Positions 31,148 to 46,000 of a stretch of 64,000 nucleotides of DNA are shown here, piece by piece. Position numbers and translations under genes: made by a program. Position 1 is the stretch's first letter. Each line of letters opens with the position of its first letter. The notes under the pieces were generated by a model. The model saw nothing but the letters and a program-made list of their open reading frames with translations. It did no database searches and had not been told where the DNA came from. The stretch is from Octopus sinensis (taxonomy: Eukaryota), in assembly GCF_006345805.1 (NCBI RefSeq), contig NW_021836159.1, positions 1 to 64,000 on the forward strand. Reading direction: 5' to 3'.

Positions 31148-32345
31148 GGGTGTCCGGTCAATTCGTCGACGACAATTTGTCGTCGTTTAATTTGTCTCCA
31201 GTCAATTCGTCGTTGGTCAATTCATCCCCATGTCAATTCGTCATCAGTCAATTCGTTACTGTATTACATATTTCTTTTTTCTTAAAATTTTAGATTGTCT
31301 GCAAATGCTTTTAGAAAAATAATTTTTTGGTTTGGATCATATTTTTCAGTGACATTTTTTATATCTTTATTTTATGTGGTGGTGGGAGATTGGTTATTCT
31401 CCTTGCATAAACCTCTGTAATTTGGTACTGGCAAAACTTTCCTCACATTTAATCACATCAATAAGTTTCCAAATATTTCAATGATTAATATTCACTGTGT
31501 TTTCAGCGCGGTGTGGTACACTTCTAAACTATTTGTAGTATCAGCAATCCCCGGCATACATCGATCCCAAACATTCCACATGGATAATGGAAATAAAAGT
31601 TCAAGGCGTCGCCTCCTCTATCCTCTTTCTCTCTAGATCAGTGGTTCCCAACAGCAGCTCCCAAACTTATTGTTTAAATAAGTTTTCCCACGGACCCCTT
31701 TTAACATGCATATCCTTTTGTGTATACATATATATATATATATTATATATATATATATGAAATTTTAAATTTAGTTCACGGACACCCAGTACTACCTTTG
31801 CGAACCTCCAGGGGTCTGCAGACCCCAGGTTAGGAATCACTGCTCTAGGTGGTCCTATATAATTGTTTTCAGAATAGGATACAATTGACTGTGGAATATC
31901 ATCATCATCTGCAAGTTGTTTATATCCATCTACAACATCATCAACTGGCAGGAAGCCAAGGGCAAAAGAGCACCGCATTTTTAGACTAAAACTGTCTTCG
32001 TGATATCTGCATTTTGGTCCTTCTTGCACAACAGACTTGTACGCATTGTCTTCTAAATGAATCAAGCAGCATGCCAAATTCGACCCTGGAAACTATTCCA
32101 GAAATCCGTTATGGGCAGCTTTTTCGAAATCCATAATTATATTATCAGGTCCCTCATTCTGCAGTAATTCATTTATTTTGGCAAAAAGTCTATTATATGT
32201 GTCTTGACATTTGTCAGAGAGTAATGCAAACAATCGTGGGAAATTAATAATATCAATTTGAATGTGAAGTATATATAACTGGAAAAATATACTAGAGTAG
32301 CAATTAAATGTTCCATCTGCTGCCCAGTTCTTGTGCTGTTTTAAC
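31148..32345 (-). mobile_element. Mutator-like (MULE) DNA transposon remnant
   Basis: Minus-strand WAADGTFNCYSSIFFQLYILHI...FALLSDK...YNRLF...IIMDFEKAAHNGF, then ALGFLPVDDV...YIG and FP..MWNV...TTNSLEVYH (D, D, E motifs). Terminal gtcaattcgtc tandem motifs at 31155-31260. Confidence 0.82.
31639..31842. mobile_element. hAT (Charlie-like) MITE inserted in the MULE transposase
   Basis: TIRs CAGTGGTTCCCAAC / GTTAGGAATCACTG; 8-bp TSD CTCTAGAT / CTCTAGGT; subterminal palindrome ggggtctgcagacccc. Confidence 0.85.
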
Positions 32346-32894
32346 TGTCGAAGTGCTTCGTCACTTGCATAGTTACATCTCTAAATGTTGTCCATTGTTC
32401 TTTGAATCCAAATTTTCCGTAGTAAACTTTTCAGCAACAGCAACAAAAACCAAAATAGATATTGTATAATTGTATGTCTAATTTTTATTTATCTTTTCGT
32501 CATAAAATTTGCTTTAAAAGGTTTCGTTCATTTTGTTTACATTAAAACTATAAAACTCCTACACATTTTCAAATTACTTTGTTACTAGACTTTACAACAG
32601 AAAAATTTCTTTTCAGTCATTTCCTTTCCACACCTTCATACGTGTTTTTTTTTTTTCTTGCTGTCATCGTTGTCACACTCGCCTTTAGTGCTGGTATTCT
32701 TTTCCTCTTTATCCCCTTTTTTTCTCTCCATCGTTTCCTTTTCCTTATTCTTACCTATAATGATGCCTTGATTGGTACGATTAGAAAAACAAATATCTAC
32801 AGATCCATTTTCATTGGTCATCTGGCGCAACATTCAAACCCGTACAGCTTTGTGTAAACTTTGGCATACGCTATTATTCCCACTGACCATATCC

Positions 32895-32900
32895 TATAAA
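32895..32900 (+). promoter_or_regulatory. Possible TATA box of copy B
   Basis: cTATAAAta about 220 nt upstream of the ATG; position only, no TSS data. Confidence 0.3.
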
Positions 32901-33114
32901 TACTGGGCTTTCTCGCGTTGCCTACCAGAATTGCCTTGTTTGTTCACCGGACATATTCAGAGAATTCAGTGCGTTCTTTTCACACCGGAGCTCTCTGTGA
33001 GTTCAATACGTCGACTAGCGTCGCCTTTGCAAGGACAAGGGGACTAGTGATATACATTATACATACACTGTATATCTAAAAGCTCATAAGACAATTCTTA
33101 ATAAGGCAATCAGC

Positions 33115-33171
33115 ATGCTTCAATCAGCCGGTAGATTCCTGCTCTGCGCTTTTCTTGCTACAATAATTTCT
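33115..33171 (+). CDS. Copy B exon 1, signal peptide ([19 protein letters not shown])
   Basis: ATG at 33115, GTAAGT donor at 33172; paralog of 102-158. Confidence 0.8.
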
Positions 33172-33371
33172 GTAAGTATTCTGTTTTAGATTCCCTACAA
33201 ACCGAACACTCGCGCGCACGCACGAAAACATATATCTGCGCGCGCACGCACGCACGTACACACACACAGATTCTGTATAATTCATTTTTAAACACATGTG
33301 TGTCTTTATGCATACATATGTATGCGTGCATGTATATTTGCATGAGATTGCATGTATGTGTATGCATGAAT

Positions 33372-33422
<51 letters not shown>

Positions 33423-34832
33423 TATATGTATGTATTCATACACACACATATATATATATACATACACATACGTACATACATAATATCTACATACATACGT
33501 ACGTACATACATACATACATACTACATACATACATATACACATACATACATACATACATACATACATACATACATACACAGAGCTTAAATATCCTCACCA
33601 ATGGGCTGAAACTGACCTCGTTGATTCCGTTGTATCTGTCTACTAGCTTATTATATATAAAGAAGTGCAGGTATAGCTTTGAGGTTACGAAGACCGCTTC
33701 ACAAGCATTTAGTTTCGACTTCAGTTTAACTTTACAGCACGTTGGGGGAAAATATTCTGCTATAGTTCCGAATCGACTGAACCCTTGTGAGTGAATATGG
33801 TGAACAGAAATTGGGTATAAGGCTGCCATAAATGCATTACTTTGTGTTTGTCTTCGACTCTCGTGATTTTGAATTAGTGATGGTTGTTTATGTTTCGTAA
33901 CTTAACGGTTTAGCAAAGTGGGTGGGATAGAATAGGTACTCAGTTTCAGATGAAATGCTATCAAAAAATGTTTATCTGCCCATAGACATACTGCCTATAA
34001 AGAGAAGAAGTCAGAAATATAAATCGTAAATGCTATAGAAACATATTTCATAAAGTGTTCTTACTGATATTTTACAGCCAATTGTAGCCGACTATGTAAT
34101 TGATGTGAAGTTTATCAAGTTTGAAAATTACAACCGTTTACTGGCTAATGGACGCAAATGTTCCAATTTCGGAAGTCAACAATGTCAAACGACTCTTCAT
34201 GTTTGTGCTAGACCTGATGATACTTCGACATTGTGTCGTTATGGTGAGACTAAAACAGGAGTTATCGGTAAGTACATGTTTATCCATAAAAATAAAACTA
34301 GCGAGATTCCAGGATTCAAGTTCTAAACTATATCAAGATGACTTGTTTTGTATTTTTATATGATTCTACGTGTGTCAGTTTGGGTACTTTTTAAGTACCA
34401 GACATCTTTTTCATTACTAAATTCATTAGAATAGGAATGGGTAAATATAATTCTCAGCCTGAACAGTGTAGAAAGGAACTAACGATATTTGCATTAACGC
34501 TTTATGTACATGTGAAGCAATTTTTAAAAAACGCAGGGACGAATGGACAGGTGATACACATTATAAATACACTATGTATCTAAAAGCTCATACGACAATT
34601 CTTAATTAGACAATTTTCAATCAACCAGTAGATTCCTGCTCTGCGCTTTTCTTGCTACAATAACTTCTGTAAGTATTCTGTCTCGGATTCCTTACAAACC
34701 GAACACTCGTGCACACACACACACACACACAGATTCTGTATAATTCATTTTTAGACACATGTGTGTCTTTATGCATACATATGTATGCGTGCATGTATAT
34801 TTGCATGAGATTGCATGTATGTGTATGCATGA

Positions 34833-34912
<80 letters not shown>

Positions 34913-36221
34913 TATATATATACATACACATACGTACATACATAATATCTACATACATACATACGTACATACATAATATCTACATACATACATATACACA
35001 TACATACATACGTACATACATACATACATACATACATACATACATACATACATACATACATACATACATACATACTACATACATACATACACAGAGCTTA
35101 AATATCCTCACCAATGGGCTGAAACTGACCTCGTTGATTCCGTTGTATCTGTCTACTAGCTTATTATATATAAAGAAGTGCAGGTATAGCTTTGAGGTTA
35201 CGAAGACCGCTTCACAAGCATTTAGTTTCGACTTCAGTTTAACTTTACAGCACGTTGGGGGAAAATATTCTGCTATAGTTCCGAATCGACCAAACCCTTG
35301 TGAGTGAATATGGTGAACAGAAATGGGTATAAGGCTGCCATAAATGCATTACTTTGTGTTTGTCTTCGACTCTCGTGATTTTGAATTAGTTATGGTTGTT
35401 TATGTTTCGTAACTTAACGGTTTAGCAAAGTGGGTAGGATAGAATAGGTACTCAGTTTCAGATGAAATGTTATCAAAAAATGTTTATCTGCCCATAGACA
35501 TACTGCATATAAAGAGAAGAAGTCAGAAATATAAATCGTAAATGCTATAGAAACATATTTCATAAAGTGTTCTTACTGATATTTTACAGCCAATTGTAGC
35601 CGACTATGTAATTGATGTGAAGTTTATCAAGTTTGAAAATTACAACCGTTTACTGGCTAATGGACGCAAATGTTCCAATTTCGGAAGTCAACAATGTCAA
35701 ACGACTCTTCATGTTTGTGCTAGACCTGATGATACTTCGACATTGTGTCGTTATGGTGAGACTAAAACAGGAGTTATCGGTAAGTACATGTTTATCCATA
35801 AAAATAAAACTAGCGAGATTCCAGGATTCAAGTTCAAAACTATATCAAGATGACTTGTTTTGTATTTTTATATGATTCTACGTGTGTCAGTTTGGGTACT
35901 TTTTAAGTACCAGACATCTTTTTCATTACTAAATTCATTAGAATAGGAATGGGTAAATATAATTCTCAGCCTGAACAGTGTAGAAAGGAACTAACGATAT
36001 TTGCATTAACGCTTTATGTACATGTAAAGCAATTTTTAAAAAACGCAGGGACGAATGGACAGGTGATACACATTATAAATACACTATGTATCTAAAAGCT
36101 CATACGACAATTCTTAATTAGACAATTTTCAATCAACCAGTAGATTCCTGCTCTGCGCTTTTCTTGCTACAATAACTTCTGTAAGTATTCTGTCTCGGAT
36201 TCCTTACAAACCGAACACTCG

Positions 36222-36252
<31 letters not shown>

Positions 36253-36358
36253 TCTATATAATTTATTTTTAGACACATGTGTGTCTTTATGCATAGGTAT
36301 ATATTCGTGTATGTATATTTGCATGAGATTATATGTTTGTGTATGCATGAATATGTAT

Positions 36359-36413
<55 letters not shown>

Positions 36414-36866
36414 CTTATAAATGAGGGCAAACGAAAAAATTTCTAATGCCAAATATGCCGAAATTAGACATAATGTCCATAACCATTATATTTTTTTCAG
36501 AATACGCACGCTACTCCAGAAAGGAGCGTGCGTATTGTGAAAAAAATATGATGGTTATGGACATTATGTCTAATTTCGGAATACTGGGCATTAGAAATTT
36601 TTTCGTTTGCCCTCATTTATAAGTTGTTTATAAATTTAACCTTTAAAGGTATTTTTTTATATGCTGGCCATTGATAAAATTATTCTGGGGAGGTTTTACG
36701 AAAAAATTTTATCTTACATTAAATATATATATATATACATATATATATAATTATATATGTATGTATATATTCATACACACACACACACATATATATATAT
36801 ACATACATATACGTACATACATAATATCTACATACATACATATACACACACAAGTATGTTTATATG

Positions 36867-36914
<48 letters not shown>

Positions 36915-39900
36915 ATATATGCATATATATATATATACATATATTTATATTCATACATATATATTCATATATATATGTATACATACATACATGTATGAGA
37001 AAAAATGAGAATAATGTACCATATGTGATCAAATGGAGAATAATAGAAGGGTCTAAACCATACATGAATATGTCTAATAGATGTACGCTTTCCTTGGCCG
37101 AAAGGCCGCAGATGTTCTTTAGATCCGAGGTCAGCGATTTTTAGTGGATGTAAACACATGTTTAAATTTATCTTTAAAAACTGGGAGATTCCACCGATTC
37201 CTGATTGATTGGTCATTTTGCTCTCCTATCTTTCGTTATAACACCTAGGAATATAGATATAGTTTCTTCCTTCACTGTATCGATTTATATCTCATATTTA
37301 TATCTACATTATATTTTTTCCATCCTTTTATATCCCTTTTGTAATTGCTACATATTATAAGTATAGACCATTATAACAGACACCATAGAGTCTACCCCAC
37401 TTATAATTTTATGCAATTTATGTATATTGTATTTTTATGTACTTGTATAATTCATGTATTGTATATACTCGTATATCCTTTGAATTACGTGTAGATCTAT
37501 ATATATTTTATATATTGACTCATTTATAATTTAGCTTAATTTTCATAATTTTTATAATTTATAACTTTATCATTTTACTTTGTTTTTTTGTGTATATTTT
37601 CGAATTAAATACATTTGAAACCTTAATTGTTGGCTACCTGTAGTGGAATCTTCCATTAATATTGTTTGCTTTAGCGTCACATCTCGTCCGGTCCTCTATT
37701 TAAACTTCTTGGTTTCATTGAATAAGCAGCGCCTGATGAACGTATTTGCCTTGCACATGAAACTAGTAGTAACGCGTATAGTACATGCGGACTGAAACAC
37801 ATACATTAATATTGGACTCTCATTAGATGGAATATTCTTCTTGTTGGCCTTTTTACGCAGATCAATTTACTATATATATATATATGCATATATATATATA
37901 TATATATATGCATATATATATATATATGCATATATATATATATATATTATATATATATATATATGCATATATATATATATATTATATATATATATATGCA
38001 TATATATATATATATGCATATATATATACATATATTTATATTCATACATATATATTCATATATATATATATAAATTCATCATCTGAAAGTTTCCAGCTTT
38101 GGTTCCTCTCCTGTTGCATGTACAGATATATACTGTATATACATATATACATATGTTGCATTTGATGTATTTAATATATTTGATATATTTGATATATCTA
38201 TTGTATCTAAAGCACGATTGCTTTAATTTTTATATTTTATTGTTTTTATAAATTTTTTGTTATTTTATTGTTTATAATGTATTGTTTTTATGAATTATTG
38301 TTTTTATTTCTATATACACGCACACATACACACACATACGTACATATCCACGAACGCACATGCGCCTCCCACACACCACACACATACAACACACATACAT
38401 ACACATATACACACATACTTCCACACACATGCACACACGCATACATACACACATGCACCCACATACACCCACGCGCGCACACACACACACGTGCACAAGC
38501 GTACACACACATACACACGCACAGGAATGCACAGATATCAATCCCACACATAACCCGACACACATCTCCACGTTCACACACACATGCACACACGCATACA
38601 TACACACATGCACCCACATACACCCACGCGCACACACACACACATACACACGCACATAAAAACACACACATGCACACAAACAAAATACACACGCACATAC
38701 ATACACACGCACACACATACACACACATACGTACATATCCACGAACGCACATGCGCCTCCCACACACCACACACATACACACGCACACACGCACACACAT
38801 ACACACGCACATACATACACACGCACATAAAAACACACACATGCACACAAACAAAATACACACGCACATACATACACACGCACACACGCACATACATACA
38901 CACGCACATACATACACACGCACACACATACACACACACACTAGCACAGGTTCGTACATATGCCTCCAACACACAATACACATACAGACAGGCACACATT
39001 TATACATACATGGGCAGAAATACACACGCACATACACGCATACACGCACGTAAGCACACCCACACTAGCACACGCACGCACATGTACACGCAATCACATA
39101 CACACATGTACGCCTACACAAACCCCACGAAAAACCACACACACAATCCGCGCACACACGCATACACAAATTCACATACACACCCATGCATATACATACA
39201 CACACAATATATGCATACACGCCGCACACACACATACACATGCACATATAGACACAGACACACATATATGCACACTCAAACATGCGTACACATACGCACG
39301 CACACACGCACATACACATTTACACGCAGATACACGTGTATGTACCCACATGCATACACGCGCAAGAAACGCCCCTATATACCCCCTACACAACCCCTCG
39401 TTCACACACACATGCACACAAACAAAATACACACGCACATACATACACACGCACATACTCATACATGTACATACGCACACCCGTGTATATACACACGCAC
39501 ATACAAACACACACATGCACACGCAATAAACCCGCACATACCTCCCATACACACACAGCTCACCCTCGTACATACACGCACACAATTATACATACATGTA
39601 CACACGCATATGCACATACAAGCACACATGCACACATACACAAAGGAAAATGTAATTACTCCCCACACACACAACCCCTACGCATACACACATACACACG
39701 CGAACACACATCTACATACATACACATACACACACTTCAAACAAAACACACACACACCTCATATACATACACGCACACACACATATTTCAAGCTACCAGA
39801 ACCTTCCACTGACCATTTTCCTACGCACATGTGTAGGTAGACCAACAACAGGAGCCACACCTACTATAAATTCTTCCTATGACCTTAAACAATACTAAGC

Positions 39901-40313
39901 CCAACCACACACATAGATAAACAGCCACAACCACACACACACAGATACACAGACACAAGTGCTATCATTACACACACACGCACACGTAGACTTGCGCGCA
40001 CGCACATACCCACACATACACACATATACCTCCTTCTCTTGCACTCTACAGTCTTTGAAAGAACTTTTTCTTCACCCATTCCCTTCCGGTCATTCAATAT
40101 ATGACCGCGTGTGTATCGTTGGCGATTTTCTTCCTCCGTCTTCCCTTCCTTGGACCTTTCCTTTTTCTATGTTTCTGACGAAGTTCTCCGCTTCAAACGT
40201 TAAATCCTCCTCTCTTCTTTCATTTCCTGAGCGTCCAATAACACTATACTTGTTCCACGTTCTCACGTTGTTGTGTTTTCTCTTTGTTAATGTTTTGATT
40301 AACTATATGTATG

Positions 40314-40364
<51 letters not shown>

Positions 40365-40576
40365 GTCAAAAATTGTGAAGCATGACTGTCAACACTACTA
40401 CATGAACCCGAAGATTGCAGAATTCAATGCATGAAAGTACTAGTTCAATCAGAATGAATATTTAACATTCTACTATTTCATTTTATTTTATTCAATTATA
40501 ATATATTATCTTATAATATATCATTATAAGATTGTAAATAAAACGTGAAAATCAGACAAGGTTGGAATTCTTTTTA

Positions 40577-40659
<83 letters not shown>

Positions 40660-42675
40660 CATTTATCAATGTGCAAGTGAGTTTATTTCGTAGCGATCGG
40701 TTCTACATGAGACTTTTATATGCAACGCAATATTTAATAGCGATATAGATCGTGAAATTCAAATGAGGGGGCAATTGGTTCCCTTAGGAGGGACTAAAAT
40801 CATGTAAGATGATGCTAATTATGAAAGAAAGTGCTCAATATATCATCAGTGATGGCAGTAACAATGATGAGGCAAACGAATACTTAGACTTGATGCTAGA
40901 AAGAAGGAAATAAGAAGAGTAGTAACATAATATTGAAAAAGTGGAGTTTCACAATGCCCTCGGTAGATGTCAGCAAACATAACCAATTTATCTGAAACTG
41001 GAGACAAAAGAAGTCATATCTTCACATAACACACTAACGTACCTAGGTACTCAGATTTAGATATTACTCCTTATCACTTTCTCTCTCTCTCTCTCTCTCT
41101 TTCTACCTCTCTCTCTCTCTCTCTTTCTTTCTCTCTCTATCTCTCTCTCCATGTATGTATGTATATATGAATGTATGTATATATTTCGTTAACCCTATAT
41201 GCATGGCGAAAACCATCAACGTGTTCATATTTTGAAATATCTTAACTGAGGAAGATCTTGCGTAAGAGACGAATTTTTGGTTTATTTATTGCGCTACGAC
41301 CTGAAACGTAGGTATTAAATGCCTTGAAAGTATCATTACTTGCTTTAATTTCATTTTTTTATATTATACAACTCCATGCCAGAACAAGCTAGCCAGACCT
41401 TATTCCATTTATACGGGGACTCTAACATGAATTTAAGATGGTTTCTTCTATTCGACCCCAGTCGGAAAATCTTGGTCATATGCACTGGTTTTAAGCATAA
41501 CACGAAATATCAATACTCTGCCTAGATGAGTAAACATTACACATATCCAGAGAAATTTCCACATACGGTGGAATGATTATAATCTAGCGTAATTTGTACG
41601 AATGTAAAGACAAGGGTAATATTTTTCTTATTAGAGTGGCTTAGTATTAGAAAGAGACTTGATTCACAAAACATCACTAGAGATAACAGTAAGTCTCTGT
41701 ACATGGAGACAGTGTAGTTTGGAGTTAATGCAGACAGTATACATGGAGAGAGTGCAGACAGTCTGGCCTGATAATATATCTACGTTATGTGTATATAACA
41801 TCTTTATACTGGAGGTTAGAGAGAATGGGAAGGTTATATCATCTGTGTACTTGTGTGTGTGTGTGTCTGTAAATTTTCACTCTCGTATCCCAATATAATT
41901 TCTGTTTCATTTTTTCAAATTAATTTTAGGTGATAATGTCATTGATCTAAATAAGGTATTTATCGGTACAGCACGTAATCCGATCACGTACCTGATTAGA
42001 CAGCCGTTTCAGGTAAGTGTTTGGTTTTGGAATGAGATGTTTCTTAAAATATAATTTCTTAAGATTGTTAGTTTCATTGCGAGGAATTACAACCGTGTTT
42101 CGTGGTCTGCTACCACAACAGCTACTTTATAGAATCCAGTTAGCTCAAGACATCATCAGGAGGAACCACGTCCGGTTTCGGCCCCTACTCCTCTACCGAC
42201 GGTGTCTTCAGCTCTGGTGTTGGGTGCATGTCTTCTTTATTCTGTTCCCTGGCCTTTTCGATGTATACTTTCAAGACAAGAGGATGTTTTCCACTCTGTC
42301 TTCTTGTGAAGATAACTGGATAGCAATCCCAATTTAAATCATGCTACGAAATATGCCAGAATAATATTTTCCCGAGTTCCAAAAAATGGCATGATGCATT
42401 TACATTTATTAAATTTCCAAGGGAGGCGTTATGAATTATTGGATGACTACGTTAAATTTATCCTAGATTTTCCAGTATATGCTTGTGAATAAAGTATTCA
42501 TTACGTATTGAATAACGTTGCCAGCTAATATATACTAATCAGTCTACAATATGTACTAATCAGTCTAGCCATTTTAACTAGGTTTTTTTTCGTTTGTTAC
42601 TGATTTAAATACTTATTGCTATCAAGCGTTCTTTGGAAGGATAAAACTCTGAAGGACGGATGACCAGTCTTGAAA

Positions 42676-42717
<42 letters not shown>

Positions 42718-42725
42718 GATTATTA

Positions 42726-42761
<36 letters not shown>

Positions 42762-42985
42762 GATTATTATTATTATTATGATTATTATTATTGTTGTTGT
42801 TGTTGTTATTATTATTTACTTATTTATATATTTTGTATACGAAGATTATACTGTGTTTTATCTACAGGTGTTTACTTTCCACAACATAGGCATTACAAAA
42901 TGCAAACTTACTATATTAAGTTTATCACATATATATATATATATATATGTGTGTGGTGTGTGTGTGTGTGTGTGCGTGTGCGTGC

Positions 42986-43016
<31 letters not shown>

Positions 43017-46000
43017 TGTGTGTATTAAAAAATAAACACACACACATATTTATGAAACTACAATCTACTCACTGATTACGTGTTGCATTTACTCACTGGA
43101 AGACATAACTGGATCTTGAGATTTATCGACCTCTGATCCAAAAGATATTATAGATAGATAGCATGTCTGTAGAACGATGTTATGATGTTCTCGCGCTAAC
43201 AATACTACAGAACTTGAGCTTATGACAAAAGTAGGAATGTAAAAAGACCATTGATGAGTTAAGACAGCAACATGCTGTATATCTGTTTCTACGAAAACTA
43301 CAGTAGTGATCATATAGAAAACGAAGAAATCAGAACTGAAAGGTTGCTGTTTACAAATTTTTCTATTTTCCTTGCGTTGTTGAAAGAGAAGAAATGTGGG
43401 CGGCAGTTAGATTAGATGTTTTAATACTTCTTGGGAAAGGATAATATTGTGGTATTTCTTAGATTGTGACAGGCAGATCGCGACAGAATGGAAAGTCTGA
43501 TAATAATAGCATTTACCTTTTCAGCTCACTATTTATCATATTGCTTCCTCCATGAGGTGTTACATTGGCCAACCGAAAAACTCTTCAGATGTTACCGACT
43601 TAAATGAAAACTGCTGGCCTTCGTGTCTAAATTAGAAGCGATTATTATAGACTGTTGGTTCATTGTTTTGCAGCAAGATCAGAGTCGGAGGCGATTTACT
43701 TGCTCGTGGGTAAATCAATTCATTTCCCTTATATCACTAATGCTTACGAAACAAGCATGAATATAAGAGCGTTCGCATTTTCCAAAACTGAGACCTTCTG
43801 ACAACATAAGAACTAATATTACTGAGTTTACTGTTGTTATTTACATGTGTTATATAGGCGAAACAACGATCGTTCTTCTTCACAAATATATAAATCAACG
43901 CTATAATAACATAATAAAACATATATGAAGGTATTCACGATTATATATTATATTTTCAATAATCTAGATGTTTATTAATTAATGTATTGAATAACCTATA
44001 AATCTGCTATGCTATGCAAACCCACACGGGTGTGCGTGTGTGTGTGGGTACGTATATGAGAGAGAGAGCCACAGAGACAGAGAGAGGGAAAGAAAGAGAG
44101 AGTGTGTTTGCATTCTCGTTTATAATTTCATTGTTCTATCTGGTTGTACATATTTCCAATAATATATACCTTCAAACCTCTGTTTTCAGAAATTCGTTGT
44201 TTCGTTTACTGCAAAAAGCAACAACGAATTGATAGCCGATTACGTTTACCAAAGTGGTAGTCATTTGCCTCAGAGAAGCGTCGATGAAGCCAGGTATGAA
44301 CTGATAACAACCCGTGGTAGTCAGAACCCTACTAGTCAACTGACATACCAAATTCGAGTAAGTACTTTAACTATCTCAGTTGCCTTGGAATATCTAGGTA
44401 TTATGCTACGCCACCTATCTTAATTGATTTGAGCATCCCTCATTCTGATATGTGCTACTGCAGCAACACAGAGCTCTAAGCGAACAGCAAAAGCATCGAT
44501 CGTCAAAGATCCTTGACAGCTCTTGCATTTCTTCTCTGTGTACATATGTATTCTAGGCCATGGACGTAGAGTATCATACGGTAGTTGATGTGCAGATGGT
44601 AGTGAAAATACCTGGCATTATTTTTATGTCCAATCTACCCTTAAAAATGTATTTTCCACATCTTTAGAAACTCAGAAATGATGCTATAAACCCGTGGCGA
44701 AGCCTAAAATCGAAACCTTACTGCTTTAGTAACTAGTAGCAAACCACACTTAGATCAGTGACGTGCCTTGCATACCAACTAATCAGCTTGCAGAAATACC
44801 ACTCCATATTATAGAATGTTCTGTTATGTTCCGCGGGTTCACTCTTAAACATTAGTTTATATAAGCAACAAGGCCGGCAAGCATTAGCGCAGAGGTTCGA
44901 GAAGGTCCAAGAAGCTGAATGAACACTTGATTCTTTCTCCTGCTCGGCCTGTGTTTAAAAGAATTTCTTTGTCAGCAATGCATTTTTCCAAGCACATAGC
45001 ATAAACACAATATCTTCATCTCTCGCCACACAAATAAGTAACCAGCCAACACTTAGTCAAAACAAATCAAAGCCATACATAGGATGCACAGACTGAATCC
45101 TGTGTTAAAGAAATCGTCGACTATAACGAACAGAGTATTTCTTTCGCCTCTCACGTGAAGCTAGTAATTTCTGTTATTAACGTAACTATTAACTGCATTT
45201 GCTTATAAGTACACCACGATACTCTACTGGCACGTCATTATGTTATACTATAAATATTGGGGTATATTGCTGTATAAATAAATGTTAAACAACGTTAGTT
45301 GATTTTATTATGGAAAAGCACGCAGTCTTAATACCATACCTATATATAAAAACTCGTACACCAAAACCACCAACGTTTATATTTTTAAAGCGGTTCGTTT
45401 ATGATCAAAATATCAGAATTCTTCTTTAACCTTTCTATTTTCCAAAGTCTTAGAATGTCTTTGTTGTTGTTATATTTCAGAGTTATTGCAGCCAAGGCTA
45501 TTATGGTCCGAACTGTGCCATCAGGTGTGATATTCCCACCAGCGAGCAAACGAGGTTTCAGTGTGATGCTAACGGTCAAAAAGTCTGCAAGCCTGGTTTC
45601 TCTGGTCCATTGTGTAATATTAATGGTACGTGTATATTATTTCTGTCTCTTTACATCATGAATTCAAATCCCGCCTGGATCAGTTTTACCTTTCAGCTTC
45701 CAGGGACTCATAAAATGTGGACCAATTTCTTCTTAAAACAATTTTGGCCTTATGACGAATTTTAGTAAAAAAAAATATATATAGTCTTCAGTTATTTTGC
45801 TATTACGATTCTATTATTTTGTAATATCAAATGTTCATCTACGCAGCTCATTTGCATCATTTATTGTTTTGTTGTTGCTGCTTGTGTTGCTAATGTTGTT
45901 ATTGGGCTCCGTTCGGATACATCTGTAAACTCAACATACTAATCTTCTGTTCATCAGTGTATTCTAGGTCCTTACTGTACAAGCATCATATAGTTTTTGA

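Larger units (their letters stand above)
33300..36350 (+). repeat. ~1512-bp tandem duplication covering intron 1, exon 2 and the ATG-less exon 1 (boundaries approximate)
   Basis: Landmarks offset by 1512-1513 nt: 33581/35094, 34078/35590, 34610/36122. Confidence 0.92.

Noticed and set aside
44810-45345. Copy-B-specific insertion as a solo LTR
   Set aside because: Could not identify clear TG...CA termini with a TSD; left unclassified.
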